This document shows positions 26,677-36,155 of a stretch of 48,879 nucleotides of DNA, one piece after another. The DNA comes from a virus (Duplodnaviria > Caudoviricetes), in IMG/VR virus record IMGVR_UViG_3300033416_000009, positions 1-48,879 of that record. The stretch is one strand, 5' to 3'. A model generated the notes under the pieces. It saw only the letters and a list, made by a program, of their open reading frames with translations, was not told the DNA's origin and did not search any database. Each line of letters begins with the position of its first letter. Within the stretch, counting starts at the first letter, position 1. Position numbers and translations under genes: made by a program.

Positions 26677-27425
26677 CTATCGCCGTCATAACAATCTGCA
26701 GGAACGAGGGCTATCTGATGCCTCATTTCCTGAGACATTACGAGCGGTTCGCGGACGAGATTCATGTCTGGGACGAGCAGAGCACGGATGGGACAAGGGA
26801 GGCCATAGCCGGATGCAATAAAGCCTTCCTGCACGAATGGACCGCAAAAGGATTCGACGACTTTGTCCGCCTGGAGTTCTGCCACGAAATCAGAAACAAG
26901 TTCCTCTCGTTCGACTGGACGATCTGGCCGGATGTGGACGAGTTCATCTATGCCGACAATGTTCAGGAAAAGCTTTTGGGAGGAATGAACCCGCATTACG
27001 GCCTGCCCAGAGTTGTTGGATATCAGATGCTGTGGGACGGTGAACTGCCAATCTCCCAGCAGATAACGGAAGTCATCCGATCTGGTGTCCGGGATGAAAT
27101 CTACGACAAGCCAATCATCATCCCGGCTTTCTCGAACATCGCGTGGTATCCCGGGAAACACAGACTGAAACCGCTGTCGAAGCACTTTGATTACCCGGCA
27201 TGGATGGGCCCGGAACATCTCGCCTTAAGGCTGCTCCATTACAGGTTCTTGGGTGAGGAATACTTCAAAACCAGAAACGCCAAGAACTTTTCCAGGTTCA
27301 CGAACCGGGAGATGGACGCCCACAGGAGGCAGAAAGTCGGATGGCACGTTGCCCCGGATCACAAGGGGAAATACGACCTGGACTGGTATCGGGAGAATTT
27401 GAAGCTGGCCAAACCGGTGATCTGA
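26673..27425 (+). CDS. Glycosyltransferase, GT2-like (Glyco_tranf_2_4 type)
   Basis: CRNEGYLMPHFLRHY, DEQSTDGT, DVDEF (DxD), LLHYRF; GTGA-coupled start at 26673. Confidence 0.85.
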   Translation: MTIAVITICRNEGYLMPHFLRHYERFADEIHVWDEQSTDGTREAIAGCNKAFLHEWTAKGFDDFVRLEFCHEIRNKFLSFDWTIWPDVDEFIYADNVQEKLLGGMNPHYGLPRVVGYQMLWDGELPISQQITEVIRSGVRDEIYDKPIIIPAFSNIAWYPGKHRLKPLSKHFDYPAWMGPEHLALRLLHYRFLGEEYFKTRNAKNFSRFTNREMDAHRRQKVGWHVAPDHKGKYDLDWYRENLKLAKPVI

Positions 27426-27470
27426 CGGTTTCGGTTTGCACGCCTTTTGGTTCCAGGGCGTATTCGGAAA

Positions 27471-27505
27471 TTGACTTGGCTTTGGCTGGATCCTAGTCTT
27501 TACCC
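27471..27505 (+). promoter_or_regulatory. Sigma70-like leaderless promoter
   Basis: TTGACT(27471-27476)-N17-TAGTCT(27494-27499)-N6-ATG(27506). Confidence 0.65.
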
Positions 27506-27718
27506 ATGGCTGTTAGCCCAGTAACGCCCCGGGATTTTGAGGCCGTCTTGCCGGATAAAGACGATGACGTGTGCCAGCTCCTGGTGAAGTTCATGCGCAT
27601 GATGGTCCTGTTCTGGCGTCTGATGAAGTTCATGTTCGAGGAAGGCACGGGCGAGATCACCGCGGAATGGAAAGAGCAGCTCTGCAGCGCGTCCAGCTGT
27701 AAAGATGAACAAGAATGA
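27506..27718 (+). CDS. 70-aa protein paralogous to the N-terminal domain of the next gene
   Basis: SPVTPRDFEAVLP...C...F...GEI...WK..L aligns with SPVTPNDFRETLP...C...F...GGI...FK..L. Confidence 0.75.
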   Translation: MAVSPVTPRDFEAVLPDKDDDVCQLLVKFMRMMVLFWRLMKFMFEEGTGEITAEWKEQLCSASSCKDEQE

Positions 27719-27727
27719 GAGAACTGT

Positions 27728-29338
27728 ATGGCCTCGCCCGTAACACCCAATGATTTCCGCGAGACATTGCCCGGACCAACCGGCAGTTTCTGCGAGAAGT
27801 TCCTGAAGAACATACTGCGGCTTTTCCCGGAGCGCGTCTATCTCCTGGTCCGATATCTGTTTAACAACCAGGGAGGGATCGGGGATGACTTCAAGGCTGA
27901 CCTGGCCAAGCTGGGATGCTTCGGGGTTTGCGACGATGGAACTGACGGGAACGGCGATGGAACCTCGCTGCTTGCCCCGACCAATGTGCAGGCCAGCGAC
28001 GGCGCATACAACGATCGGGTGCGCGTGACCTGGTCTGTCGTTTCCGGGGCGAACCTGTACGAGATTTACCGAGCAACCGTATCCACGGCATCGTCCGCGA
28101 CACTGATCGGAACATCGCAATCCGAGACTTACGACGACACAACGGGCGTTGCATCCACGCTTTACTATTATTGGGTCAAGGCCACGAACAGCGACAACGG
28201 TAAAACCGGACCGATCAGCCAGTATGACTCCGGGTATGTAGCATCGATTTTGGATCAGGTGCAGGGGATTGGTGCCAGCCAGGGTTGGTATCCGATTGTC
28301 CACAGCTCACTGTCCGCATCCATCAATCTATGGTTCATTCCCATCACTGAAGCCACTGGGTATGACATTCACCGGGGTGTGACTAATGATTTCGCGGCAT
28401 CAACGAAGATTGTCAGCAACCGAGTTCCGCACAAGCGAACGGACGAATACCCGACACTGAACGGCAATTACCCGCTGTTCTACCAAGAGGAAGGGCATGT
28501 CGTTTACCAGGACAACTCCGATTTGGTGAGTGACAAAAAGTACTACTACTGGGTCGTGGCCAGGTTGTCGGGAACATTCACCGGCATCGGGCCGCCATCG
28601 GAGGTTGCTACCGGATGGAAGAACGGATGGGGCGACGGGGCTGGATGGGTTGGGCAGGACTACAGTTACTCGCTTTCCGAGGATCTTGCCGGAGACACCC
28701 TGATCAGCATCCCGGCAACCATGACGGAAGCTTACATTGTGATGATCGGCCCAGGCGGTGCTGGAGCTGGTTCCGGAGCTGTTCACGGCGGAGGCGGCGG
28801 AGGTGCAGGCGGAATCGTTTGGGGCCACATGCCAGTCACTGGCGGAGGCAAATTCAAGATCAAGTTATCCGATTGGACAACGCGAGTCGCGACCATATCC
28901 GAGACATCCGGCCAAGACAGCCCGACCATGACGCTCGAATACGACGCCACCGGATTGTTCGCTGGAGCCGAAATCACCTTGCTCGAAACGGATGTGAACG
29001 CAACTGGCGGAGAATACAATCCAGCCGGAGACGGAGTTGGTGGCTTGGGCGGAACCATTGCCGCCGACGCATCGTTTGCGGTTCTTGGAAATCACGCCGG
29101 GTTCAACGGAAGAAACGCCAGGGGATCAATCGGCGGGCGCAGCGGGTGGACTCCGGGCGGGATATCCAATGCCCCGTCCAATTACGGGAATCGACCCGGG
29201 CAGAACAATTACCAAATGGTGGCCGCCAAGGGAACGGGCTGGTCATCGTCAGGTTCAACCGCGCACCCATTTGTTCAGCTGCCAACCAACGGCACACCGG
29301 CCGGAGGCAACGGCTCAATTGTGCTCTACATGCGATAA
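27728..29338 (+). CDS. Fibre/decoration protein with two FN3 domains and a glycine-rich C-terminal domain
   Basis: APTNVQASDG...VRVTW...YEIYR...YYYWVKA; a second YYYWVVA; IGPGGAGAG...GGGGGAGG. Confidence 0.75.
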   Translation: MASPVTPNDFRETLPGPTGSFCEKFLKNILRLFPERVYLLVRYLFNNQGGIGDDFKADLAKLGCFGVCDDGTDGNGDGTSLLAPTNVQASDGAYNDRVRVTWSVVSGANLYEIYRATVSTASSATLIGTSQSETYDDTTGVASTLYYYWVKATNSDNGKTGPISQYDSGYVASILDQVQGIGASQGWYPIVHSSLSASINLWFIPITEATGYDIHRGVTNDFAASTKIVSNRVPHKRTDEYPTLNGNYPLFYQEEGHVVYQDNSDLVSDKKYYYWVVARLSGTFTGIGPPSEVATGWKNGWGDGAGWVGQDYSYSLSEDLAGDTLISIPATMTEAYIVMIGPGGAGAGSGAVHGGGGGGAGGIVWGHMPVTGGGKFKIKLSDWTTRVATISETSGQDSPTMTLEYDATGLFAGAEITLLETDVNATGGEYNPAGDGVGGLGGTIAADASFAVLGNHAGFNGRNARGSIGGRSGWTPGGISNAPSNYGNRPGQNNYQMVAAKGTGWSSSGSTAHPFVQLPTNGTPAGGNGSIVLYMR

Positions 29339-31332
29339 TGGCCAGTCCAAGAAATAAAACGGTCAACATCCAGCCCGTAACCGGGTATCTGGACGCGCGC
29401 AGCCAGCCTGACCAGGTTCCGTTCGGGGGCTGGCGGTTCGTGCAGAATTGCGAAGTCTACGAGGAAAAGAAGCTGCGCAGGATCAGCGGCTGGGAGAAGC
29501 ACCTGGGCGAATCGTCCCCATACAACAACCATGATTTGCACGACCAGATCCTGGCTAAAGCTGTTGCCGGCCAGATCCGGGAGCCGATCACATTCCTGTT
29601 TGAAGCCAAGACCGTGGCCGGGTTCACCAAGCTGATCGCCGGGACCAGCCACCGCCTCTATGCCCTGAACAACGAAAGCGGCAACTGGCAGATCATCAGC
29701 GACGATTTGGGCGAGTCACTGCGGGGCGATTGCCGTGACAACGGGTGGTCCGCGGCCCAAGTCTTCGACACCGTCATCTTCAGCAACGGGATTGACGCCG
29801 TCAGGTCATGGTCGATAGATCAGCCGCTGATCGATGGCGAGTTCCTATCTGAGCTGGATGACCTGGAGAAGATCGGGGTGGATTCCGCGCGCATAGCGTT
29901 TCAGTTCAAGGGGATTGTCATTCTGGCCAACGTGGTTCAAGACGGGCTGCGCGCCACAAACCGGCTGGTATGGTCCGACCTGAACGCACCGCTCAGTTAT
30001 CTGCCTGTTCCCGATGTGTCTGTGGCGAACCAGCAGGACCTGGAATACGGGGAAGATATCCTGGCTATTGCGCCCATTGGGAACTCGTTCTTCATCTACA
30101 CGACCCGCAGCATTTGGGAGGGGAACCTGAGCGGGGACATGACATCCGTGCTGGGTTTGCGCCGTAGATATACCGGGACATCAGCCGGATACGAATGCCT
30201 GGCTTACCCGAAGACGCTGATCTCGACCGGCGCGGAGCATTACTATCTCGGCCGGGACGGCATTTACAGGTTCAGCTTTTACGATCCAACCCCGGTCCGT
30301 GTCGACTGGATGCACCTGGGCAGCTCGCTGATCTTCAACGACATACTCCGGACGGAATGCAACCCGCACTGTGCTGGATTCGATTCCGCCAAGGGCAACT
30401 ACTGGATTTCCTGGGCCCCGAACGGAAGCGATTGCCCGACAAAATCCATGGTGTTCAATCTGCGCTATGGATTCGCCAGCTACGTCGACCACGGGTTCAC
30501 CGCCTTCGGGAATTACAGCCCGGACACTGTCAAAACACTGCGCACCTGGATCAAGGAGATGTGCATTTGCACCCAGGAAGAAATGGACGATCTGGGGTTC
30601 GGCTACGAAAAGGAAGGCGAATACTGCGTAGCTCCGGATGAACCGGATTGCCCCGTCCGGCCGCTCTATGTCTACACCGACCAGATACTGACCGTCGAAG
30701 GCGTTGATGTGGAGGACTACAACCAGCCGGAGGCCAGCCCGGATTCGCTCTGCGCCATGCTGGCCGGGGCGACGATCGAGGATCTGTGCGCCGGGGAATT
30801 CACCGCCGACCAGTGCCGGGGCGATCAGCTGTTCACCGCCGTCAGCGCAACGGACTGGTGCATCAAGCAGTTCAAGGACATCTTTGCCAGGGAAATGTGC
30901 ACGGACAACGGCGTCTGCGGGGCTTATTCGCTGACCGGATACGAAAGCATCCTGAGAAGCGGACCGGTGGATTTCAGGGAACCCAGCAAGGTCAAGAACC
31001 TGAACCATTTCCTGGTGGACATACAGGCAGCGCCGCAATCCGTTCCGAACGATCTTCTGTTCAGGATAGGGCATTCTTATCAGGCGGCTGACCCGAACAC
31101 GGATGAGTGCAGCCTGATTTGGATGCAGCAGCCAAGCAAGAAACTCGATTGCGGTTCAGCCAAATCCGGCCCGGACCATCTGGCTGGGAACACGCGGCAG
31201 TGCAAGGGCATAGAGTGGCCGCTTTGGGTTGAGGACAACTTCTTCTTCTACGAACTCAAGGTCAATGGCACTGGCGGGAACTTCTCGCTGGGAAGGATCG
31301 AGATGAAGGTGCGCCCGAAATTCGGTGTGTAA
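29338..31332 (+). CDS. Tail nozzle/stabilisation protein (P22 gp10/T7 gp12-like), Cys-rich
   Basis: True start is ATG 29338 (TAATG overlap), giving 664 aa. Beta-propeller-like motifs LVWSDLNAP and YYLGRDGIYRF; C-terminal YESILRSG...FFYELKV. Confidence 0.7.
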   Translation: MASPRNKTVNIQPVTGYLDARSQPDQVPFGGWRFVQNCEVYEEKKLRRISGWEKHLGESSPYNNHDLHDQILAKAVAGQIREPITFLFEAKTVAGFTKLIAGTSHRLYALNNESGNWQIISDDLGESLRGDCRDNGWSAAQVFDTVIFSNGIDAVRSWSIDQPLIDGEFLSELDDLEKIGVDSARIAFQFKGIVILANVVQDGLRATNRLVWSDLNAPLSYLPVPDVSVANQQDLEYGEDILAIAPIGNSFFIYTTRSIWEGNLSGDMTSVLGLRRRYTGTSAGYECLAYPKTLISTGAEHYYLGRDGIYRFSFYDPTPVRVDWMHLGSSLIFNDILRTECNPHCAGFDSAKGNYWISWAPNGSDCPTKSMVFNLRYGFASYVDHGFTAFGNYSPDTVKTLRTWIKEMCICTQEEMDDLGFGYEKEGEYCVAPDEPDCPVRPLYVYTDQILTVEGVDVEDYNQPEASPDSLCAMLAGATIEDLCAGEFTADQCRGDQLFTAVSATDWCIKQFKDIFAREMCTDNGVCGAYSLTGYESILRSGPVDFREPSKVKNLNHFLVDIQAAPQSVPNDLLFRIGHSYQAADPNTDECSLIWMQQPSKKLDCGSAKSGPDHLAGNTRQCKGIEWPLWVEDNFFFYELKVNGTGGNFSLGRIEMKVRPKFGV

Positions 31333-33290
31333 TGGCAACGCCCGACTCCATTTCAAGATTGCAGGGGGACAGTTCGGGCGTCGTCCCGATCAAGTACATC
31401 CCCAGTTTCACCAGGCTTCTGGAGCCATCATCCCCAACCGAGCGCAAGAAGTGGGAGAAAGTGGACAAGGCATTCGATGATTGGCGGAAATCACTGGTGG
31501 CGCAGACTGGGGATTCGTATTACGGGGCTGTTGCGAGCGGAGGAGGCGGAGGGGGCGGTGGATCTCCAGCTCCGGTGGTCGTTCAAGTCCCAGGACCTCC
31601 AGGCCCCCAAGGTCCACCCGGATCACCTGGTTCCCCTGGCGCATCTGGCGAGGTTGACATCGTCCTTACCCATGTCTGGATTGCCAAGAGAACGGACGGA
31701 AAGCCAGGGCTGGGCCACGAGCATGATCCGTATGACGGCAGCACGGCTCTTAAGCTGGACACGTTGCTGCGCGGATTCCCCGAGAACACCGTGATTCATT
31801 TCGCTCCTGGAACCTATGAGACGGAGGGGCACTGTGAGCAGGTGGTGAATCCGAATCGGAAATGGACGCTCAAGAACAACTGGCAAATCCTGGGGAGCGG
31901 CATTGACAGCACCACCCTGAAACTGGTCAACGCCGAGGAAACTGACTCGCACTATTTCATCATCGGAAGTTTCCCGCTGCAAAGCAACCAGACGGACAAC
32001 GTGGTCGTGGCGGACATAACCCTCGACGCGCAGCTCATCAAGCAGCCTGCCGCGGCATCGATTATGGCCGGGTGCCTGTCCGTCTGCGGGAACAACATCG
32101 TGGTCACCCGGGTGAAATGCATTGGCTGGGGAAACACCGCGGTCGGCCTGGAATGCTTCGTTGTCAGCCTAGGCAAAGCCAACCCGAATGAGGAAGGCGA
32201 CCTGTACGGGCTGCTCGTTGACGGCCTGGAGATAACTGAACCGTGTTCCGGCGTTTCCCAGGTGGATTACGTGAGCCTGCTGTCGGTTGGCGGAATCATC
32301 AACCAATACCGATGGCAACCTGCCGGAACATTGTCCTGGTCGGCTGGATATGTAACCGTGAACCTTGGCGGCAGTTACTGGCATTGGTTCAATGTCGGGG
32401 ATTACGCCAACATCAAAACGTCCAACCCAGCGGGATACAACGGCAGCTATCGCGTGACCGAGGTGGTGTCGGAACACATCTTCAAGTTCGCCCTGGCCGC
32501 CAATCCGGGTGCATACGTTGGGTCCGCACAGGTTTTCTGCCCGGTCAACAACGGCAAAGGCGAGGGGTTCGTTTACAACTGCATCGTTCGAAACTGCAAG
32601 CTGGACGCGCACGATCTTACCACCCAGAAAGTCGAGACGCACGGGATAAGCACAGCCGGGTTGCGCGGTGCGGTCATTGAAAACAACACCGTATCAGATG
32701 TGACGTTCGGGACTTACCAGGACGCATACAGGAATGGGAGCCTAATATATAAGAACAATCACTTTTACAACGTCGAGACGGCCATCTATTTCAATTACGG
32801 ATCTGAGGTTGCCTTTCTGGACACGGTTGTGATTGAGGGAAACCTGCTTGAGCTTGAGCCTCTTGTCCAGCGCGTTGGAGCGTTCGATCAGCCTCATGTG
32901 GAGACAAGATCAAGCCGGACACCTGCGGGCGTGTATCTTCACGGGGAACGGACAGCCGGGCCGTACTGCTATCAAAACGCCATTATCCGGAACAACATCA
33001 TTCGATTCCTGAACAGCGATCGCAGAACAAATCTGGCCGGGATCGGAATACTTGTCAGGTCCGCCGAAAGATTGCAGGTCTACAACAATGTCATCACAGT
33101 TCAGGCAAGCTATCCGATCCGGTTCTGTGAGAACATCGTTTCCGGAAGCTGCTTTGGGAACAGGACGGAATCCGGCACTTTGATTCGCGCGGTCTATTCG
33201 CCATTGAATGTCCCGGGAACGATCCGTTGGCCAGATCCGGTCACTGACGAGGATAGGCTGCGCAAGATGAACGCGATGAGAGGATTCTGA
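31332..33290 (+). CDS. Tail spike with a short collagen linker and a right-handed beta-helix (depolymerase-like)
   Basis: GPPGPQGPPGSPG; IHFAPGTY and GSGIDSTTLKL; repeated IENN/IRNN strands; inserted HWFNVGD...YNGSYRV beta-sandwich. Confidence 0.75.
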   Translation: MATPDSISRLQGDSSGVVPIKYIPSFTRLLEPSSPTERKKWEKVDKAFDDWRKSLVAQTGDSYYGAVASGGGGGGGGSPAPVVVQVPGPPGPQGPPGSPGSPGASGEVDIVLTHVWIAKRTDGKPGLGHEHDPYDGSTALKLDTLLRGFPENTVIHFAPGTYETEGHCEQVVNPNRKWTLKNNWQILGSGIDSTTLKLVNAEETDSHYFIIGSFPLQSNQTDNVVVADITLDAQLIKQPAAASIMAGCLSVCGNNIVVTRVKCIGWGNTAVGLECFVVSLGKANPNEEGDLYGLLVDGLEITEPCSGVSQVDYVSLLSVGGIINQYRWQPAGTLSWSAGYVTVNLGGSYWHWFNVGDYANIKTSNPAGYNGSYRVTEVVSEHIFKFALAANPGAYVGSAQVFCPVNNGKGEGFVYNCIVRNCKLDAHDLTTQKVETHGISTAGLRGAVIENNTVSDVTFGTYQDAYRNGSLIYKNNHFYNVETAIYFNYGSEVAFLDTVVIEGNLLELEPLVQRVGAFDQPHVETRSSRTPAGVYLHGERTAGPYCYQNAIIRNNIIRFLNSDRRTNLAGIGILVRSAERLQVYNNVITVQASYPIRFCENIVSGSCFGNRTESGTLIRAVYSPLNVPGTIRWPDPVTDEDRLRKMNAMRGF

Positions 33291-33291
33291 T

Positions 33292-33621
33292 ATGGCCCTT
33301 AACTTTGTTGCATTGGCGAACGGAGATCTGCCCCTGATTGCGGGAGCCATTTACACTGTCGGATCCGGAAAGTTCGGCGTCGTCAGATCAATCACGGTTG
33401 TCAATCATTCCGGAGCGGATCGGACCATCAACATTTATGTCACCAGATCCGCTGTCAGAAACAGGGTGTCGTCCACCAACCAGATTCTTCTGTCCGGGTA
33501 TAAGACCGTTGAGGACAACTCGCATGTTCTGGGGGCTGGAGACAAGATAGAGGGTGACGCTAATGGGGATCATGTCAGTTATGTGATTGAGGGGACTGAG
33601 GAGACAATAGAGGCCGTATGA
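33292..33621 (+). CDS. Small beta-sandwich virion accessory protein
   Basis: IYTV...VRSITVVN...VLGAGDKI pattern, common in phage tail modules. Confidence 0.65.
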   Translation: MALNFVALANGDLPLIAGAIYTVGSGKFGVVRSITVVNHSGADRTINIYVTRSAVRNRVSSTNQILLSGYKTVEDNSHVLGAGDKIEGDANGDHVSYVIEGTEETIEAV

Positions 33622-34859
33622 AAACCTACGATATAGAGGGCAGGTTCATGGTCAGCGGAGGAACGGCTGGAGCACCTGGCCCGCAAGGTTTGCCTGGCAG
33701 CCCCGGTGGTCTTCCTGGAGGCATCACTGCGCTTTATGTTTTCAGAACTGACACTTTTGGGACAACGGCCAACGGTGAGATCATGTTCGACAATGCCACG
33801 CTGTCGTCTGTGGCTGTAATATACGTCGACGATCACGACCGAAACGACGACGACATGAGCGCGATGCTGGAGCTGTTCGATGTTGGGGATTATATAAAGG
33901 TGTTCGTTGAGGGCGACTCCACGCAATGGGCCATCTTCAGGGTTGAAGCCAACACGGATGACGGGGATAGGTTCATCTACGACGTGACATTCATTGCCGG
34001 ATCGGACAGCTGGAGCGATGGGAGCGATATCGGCCTGACATGGTGCGAGAAAGGCGACAAGGGCGATCAGGGCGATATGGGCTATCAGGGGTATGTTGGG
34101 CCCCAAGGTTTTGTTGGACCCCAAGGCGACCGCGGTTATCAAGGTTATGTCGGGCCGCAAGGGGATCGCGGGTACCAAGGGTTCACGGGTCCTCAAGGGG
34201 ATCGCGGATATCAGGGAGACCGTGGTTATCAGGGGTTCACTGGGCTACAGGGCATTCCTGGACCGCAAGGATTCTCCGGGATTGAAGGCAGCGAGGGTCC
34301 AGTCGGTCCGCAGGGTCTACCGGGAGATACTGGGCCTCAGGGGATTGCCGGGACAGGGGCTGGGCTGGCTGGTTACGCTTATGTCCGGCTGCTAGCGCAA
34401 CAGATCATTGGGTCGGGATCGTGGGTGACTGTTGAATTCCCGATGGATGATGGGTATGCGTCCGAATTCAGCCCGGGGGACGAGACCGGATGGATCCAAT
34501 GTGACCTGGCTGTTTCATCAATGGTTCATGTTCAAGCCAGTGTTACGTTCACCTATCATTCCAGCGGGATAAGGATGCTGCGGATCATACACGGAAAGAA
34601 CCTCGCCCCGAACACATGGAGCATACGTGAAATCGGCCGCGCTTACTTCGAAGTTCCGGCCCTGGACGCAGATGAAGAAGACCCAACACTGACAGTCAGC
34701 GCATCCGTTCCTGACATGGTATTCCCGGATTTCGTTTACATCCAGGCATGGCAGAACACTGGCAGCGAACTTACTCTCCAGATAACAGATGACATGGGCG
34801 TGCAGAGTTCAATGCTTGCCAGCAGTTCCGTAACGGTATTGGGGTTCAGCACCGTATGA
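33618..34859 (+). CDS. Collagen-like fibre protein with a C-terminal beta (C1q/BclA-like) head
   Basis: 34 contiguous G-X-Y triplets followed by a beta-rich C-terminal domain. Confidence 0.8.
   Translation: MKTYDIEGRFMVSGGTAGAPGPQGLPGSPGGLPGGITALYVFRTDTFGTTANGEIMFDNATLSSVAVIYVDDHDRNDDDMSAMLELFDVGDYIKVFVEGDSTQWAIFRVEANTDDGDRFIYDVTFIAGSDSWSDGSDIGLTWCEKGDKGDQGDMGYQGYVGPQGFVGPQGDRGYQGYVGPQGDRGYQGFTGPQGDRGYQGDRGYQGFTGLQGIPGPQGFSGIEGSEGPVGPQGLPGDTGPQGIAGTGAGLAGYAYVRLLAQQIIGSGSWVTVEFPMDDGYASEFSPGDETGWIQCDLAVSSMVHVQASVTFTYHSSGIRMLRIIHGKNLAPNTWSIREIGRAYFEVPALDADEEDPTLTVSASVPDMVFPDFVYIQAWQNTGSELTLQITDDMGVQSSMLASSSVTVLGFSTV
34053..34358 (+). repeat. Collagen G-X-Y repeat (34 triplets; GDR-GYQ-GxV/T-GPQ units)
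   Basis: Read directly from the translation. Confidence 0.9.
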
Positions 34860-36118
34860 AGCCGTCGGTGTTCACCCCGGTTCATTCCAGGAGCGAACAA
34901 TTCGTGGCGGATGCATATCAAAGCCTGCTGCGTCAAACCTTTCAAGATTGGCAATGGATTATTGGGCTCAATGGCGGGGCGTCTGATGTGGCTAAGGAGA
35001 TTCGAGATGACCGAAGGGTGCGGGTTGTGCGGCTTGAGGATGACAGCAACGCCAGCGGCCATAACTGCATTGGGCGGCTCAAGAGAGAATTGTGCGCGCT
35101 GGCGTCTGGGGATGTCCTGGTTGAACTTGACGCGGACGATATCCTGACCGAGAAAGCAATCGAATCCGTCCTGGAAGCGTTCAGCCGTGACGCGGTTCAG
35201 ATGGCTTACAGCAACAGCGCCCAGTTCGAGGATAAGACCTGGAAACCGAGTAGTTACAGCCGGCACTGGGGATGGGTCAGCCGTCCGTTTGTCTGGCATG
35301 AACGTGGCCTGATCGAGCTGGTTGCCTGGCCGCCAAGCCCGCACATGATGCGTCAGATTTACTGGGCCCCGAACCATGTCCGAGCCTGGAGAAGATCTGG
35401 CTACGATGATGTTGGAGGCCACACTGCAATGGAGGTGGCGGACGATCACGATCTGTGCTGCCGATTGTATTGCAGGCACGGATCTGCTGGATTCAAGCAC
35501 CTGGACGAATGCCTTTACCTCTACCGGATGCACCCGGAAAACACCGCCAAAACGAACAATGGCCTGATCCAGAAAATGGCGGCCAGGAACTACCTCAAGT
35601 ACGTCGGGGCAATGGCGGAACGATGGGCCCTGGATTGCGGGCTGTCGCTTTTGGATCTTGGCGGAAGGATCAACCCGCAGCATGGATACGCGACGGTTGA
35701 TGTTTCGGATGCAGACATTGAATGCGACCTGACCAAGCCGTGGCCGATCGCGGATGATTCAGTTGGCGTTCTGCGGGCGCATCATGTCCTTGAGCATTTG
35801 CCGGATCCGATCCACGCCATGAATGAAGCCTACCGCGTTCTTGCTCCGGGAGGATGGATGTTCGTCGAGGTCCCATGCGCTCTCGGCCAGGGCGCGTTCC
35901 GTGATCCGACCCACAAAAGCTTCTGGGTGCAGCAGTCGTTTTTGTACTATACGAACAAGGAATACGCGAAATACATACAGCCACAATATCGAGGCAGATT
36001 CCAGGTCAGCAGGTCTGAGCGTTACATGATGCAGCCCGATGTTCCCGTGATAGCCGCGGAACTGATCTGCCTCAAGCCGCCTTACTCTCTGCGCCCAGTT
36101 GGGGAAGTGTTGATCTAG
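34856..36118 (+). CDS. GT2 glycosyltransferase fused to a class I SAM-dependent methyltransferase
   Basis: GT2: SVFTPVH, QTFQDWQWII, ELDADD, ADDHDL. MTase: LLDLGG, HVLEHL, EAYRVLAPGG, DPTH. Confidence 0.88.
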   Translation: MKPSVFTPVHSRSEQFVADAYQSLLRQTFQDWQWIIGLNGGASDVAKEIRDDRRVRVVRLEDDSNASGHNCIGRLKRELCALASGDVLVELDADDILTEKAIESVLEAFSRDAVQMAYSNSAQFEDKTWKPSSYSRHWGWVSRPFVWHERGLIELVAWPPSPHMMRQIYWAPNHVRAWRRSGYDDVGGHTAMEVADDHDLCCRLYCRHGSAGFKHLDECLYLYRMHPENTAKTNNGLIQKMAARNYLKYVGAMAERWALDCGLSLLDLGGRINPQHGYATVDVSDADIECDLTKPWPIADDSVGVLRAHHVLEHLPDPIHAMNEAYRVLAPGGWMFVEVPCALGQGAFRDPTHKSFWVQQSFLYYTNKEYAKYIQPQYRGRFQVSRSERYMMQPDVPVIAAELICLKPPYSLRPVGEVLI

Positions 36119-36119
36119 C

Positions 36120-36155
36120 TTTACATGAGCGTGTTCCGCTGCGTAGATTCATTCC
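36120..36155 (+). promoter_or_regulatory. Sigma70-like leaderless promoter for the ejection-protein operon
   Basis: TTTACA(36120-36125)-N18-TAGATT(36144-36149)-N6-ATG(36156). Confidence 0.6.

Noticed and set aside
27429-27470. Imperfect hairpin after the glycosyltransferase operon
   Set aside because: Bulged stem and no poly-U tail; a possible pause site but not supportable as a terminator.
28615-29337. 241-aa Arg-rich N-terminal extension of the 905-aa track ORF
   Set aside because: It is an off-frame read of the Gly-rich part of 27728..29338; the real start is the TAATG-coupled ATG at 29338.
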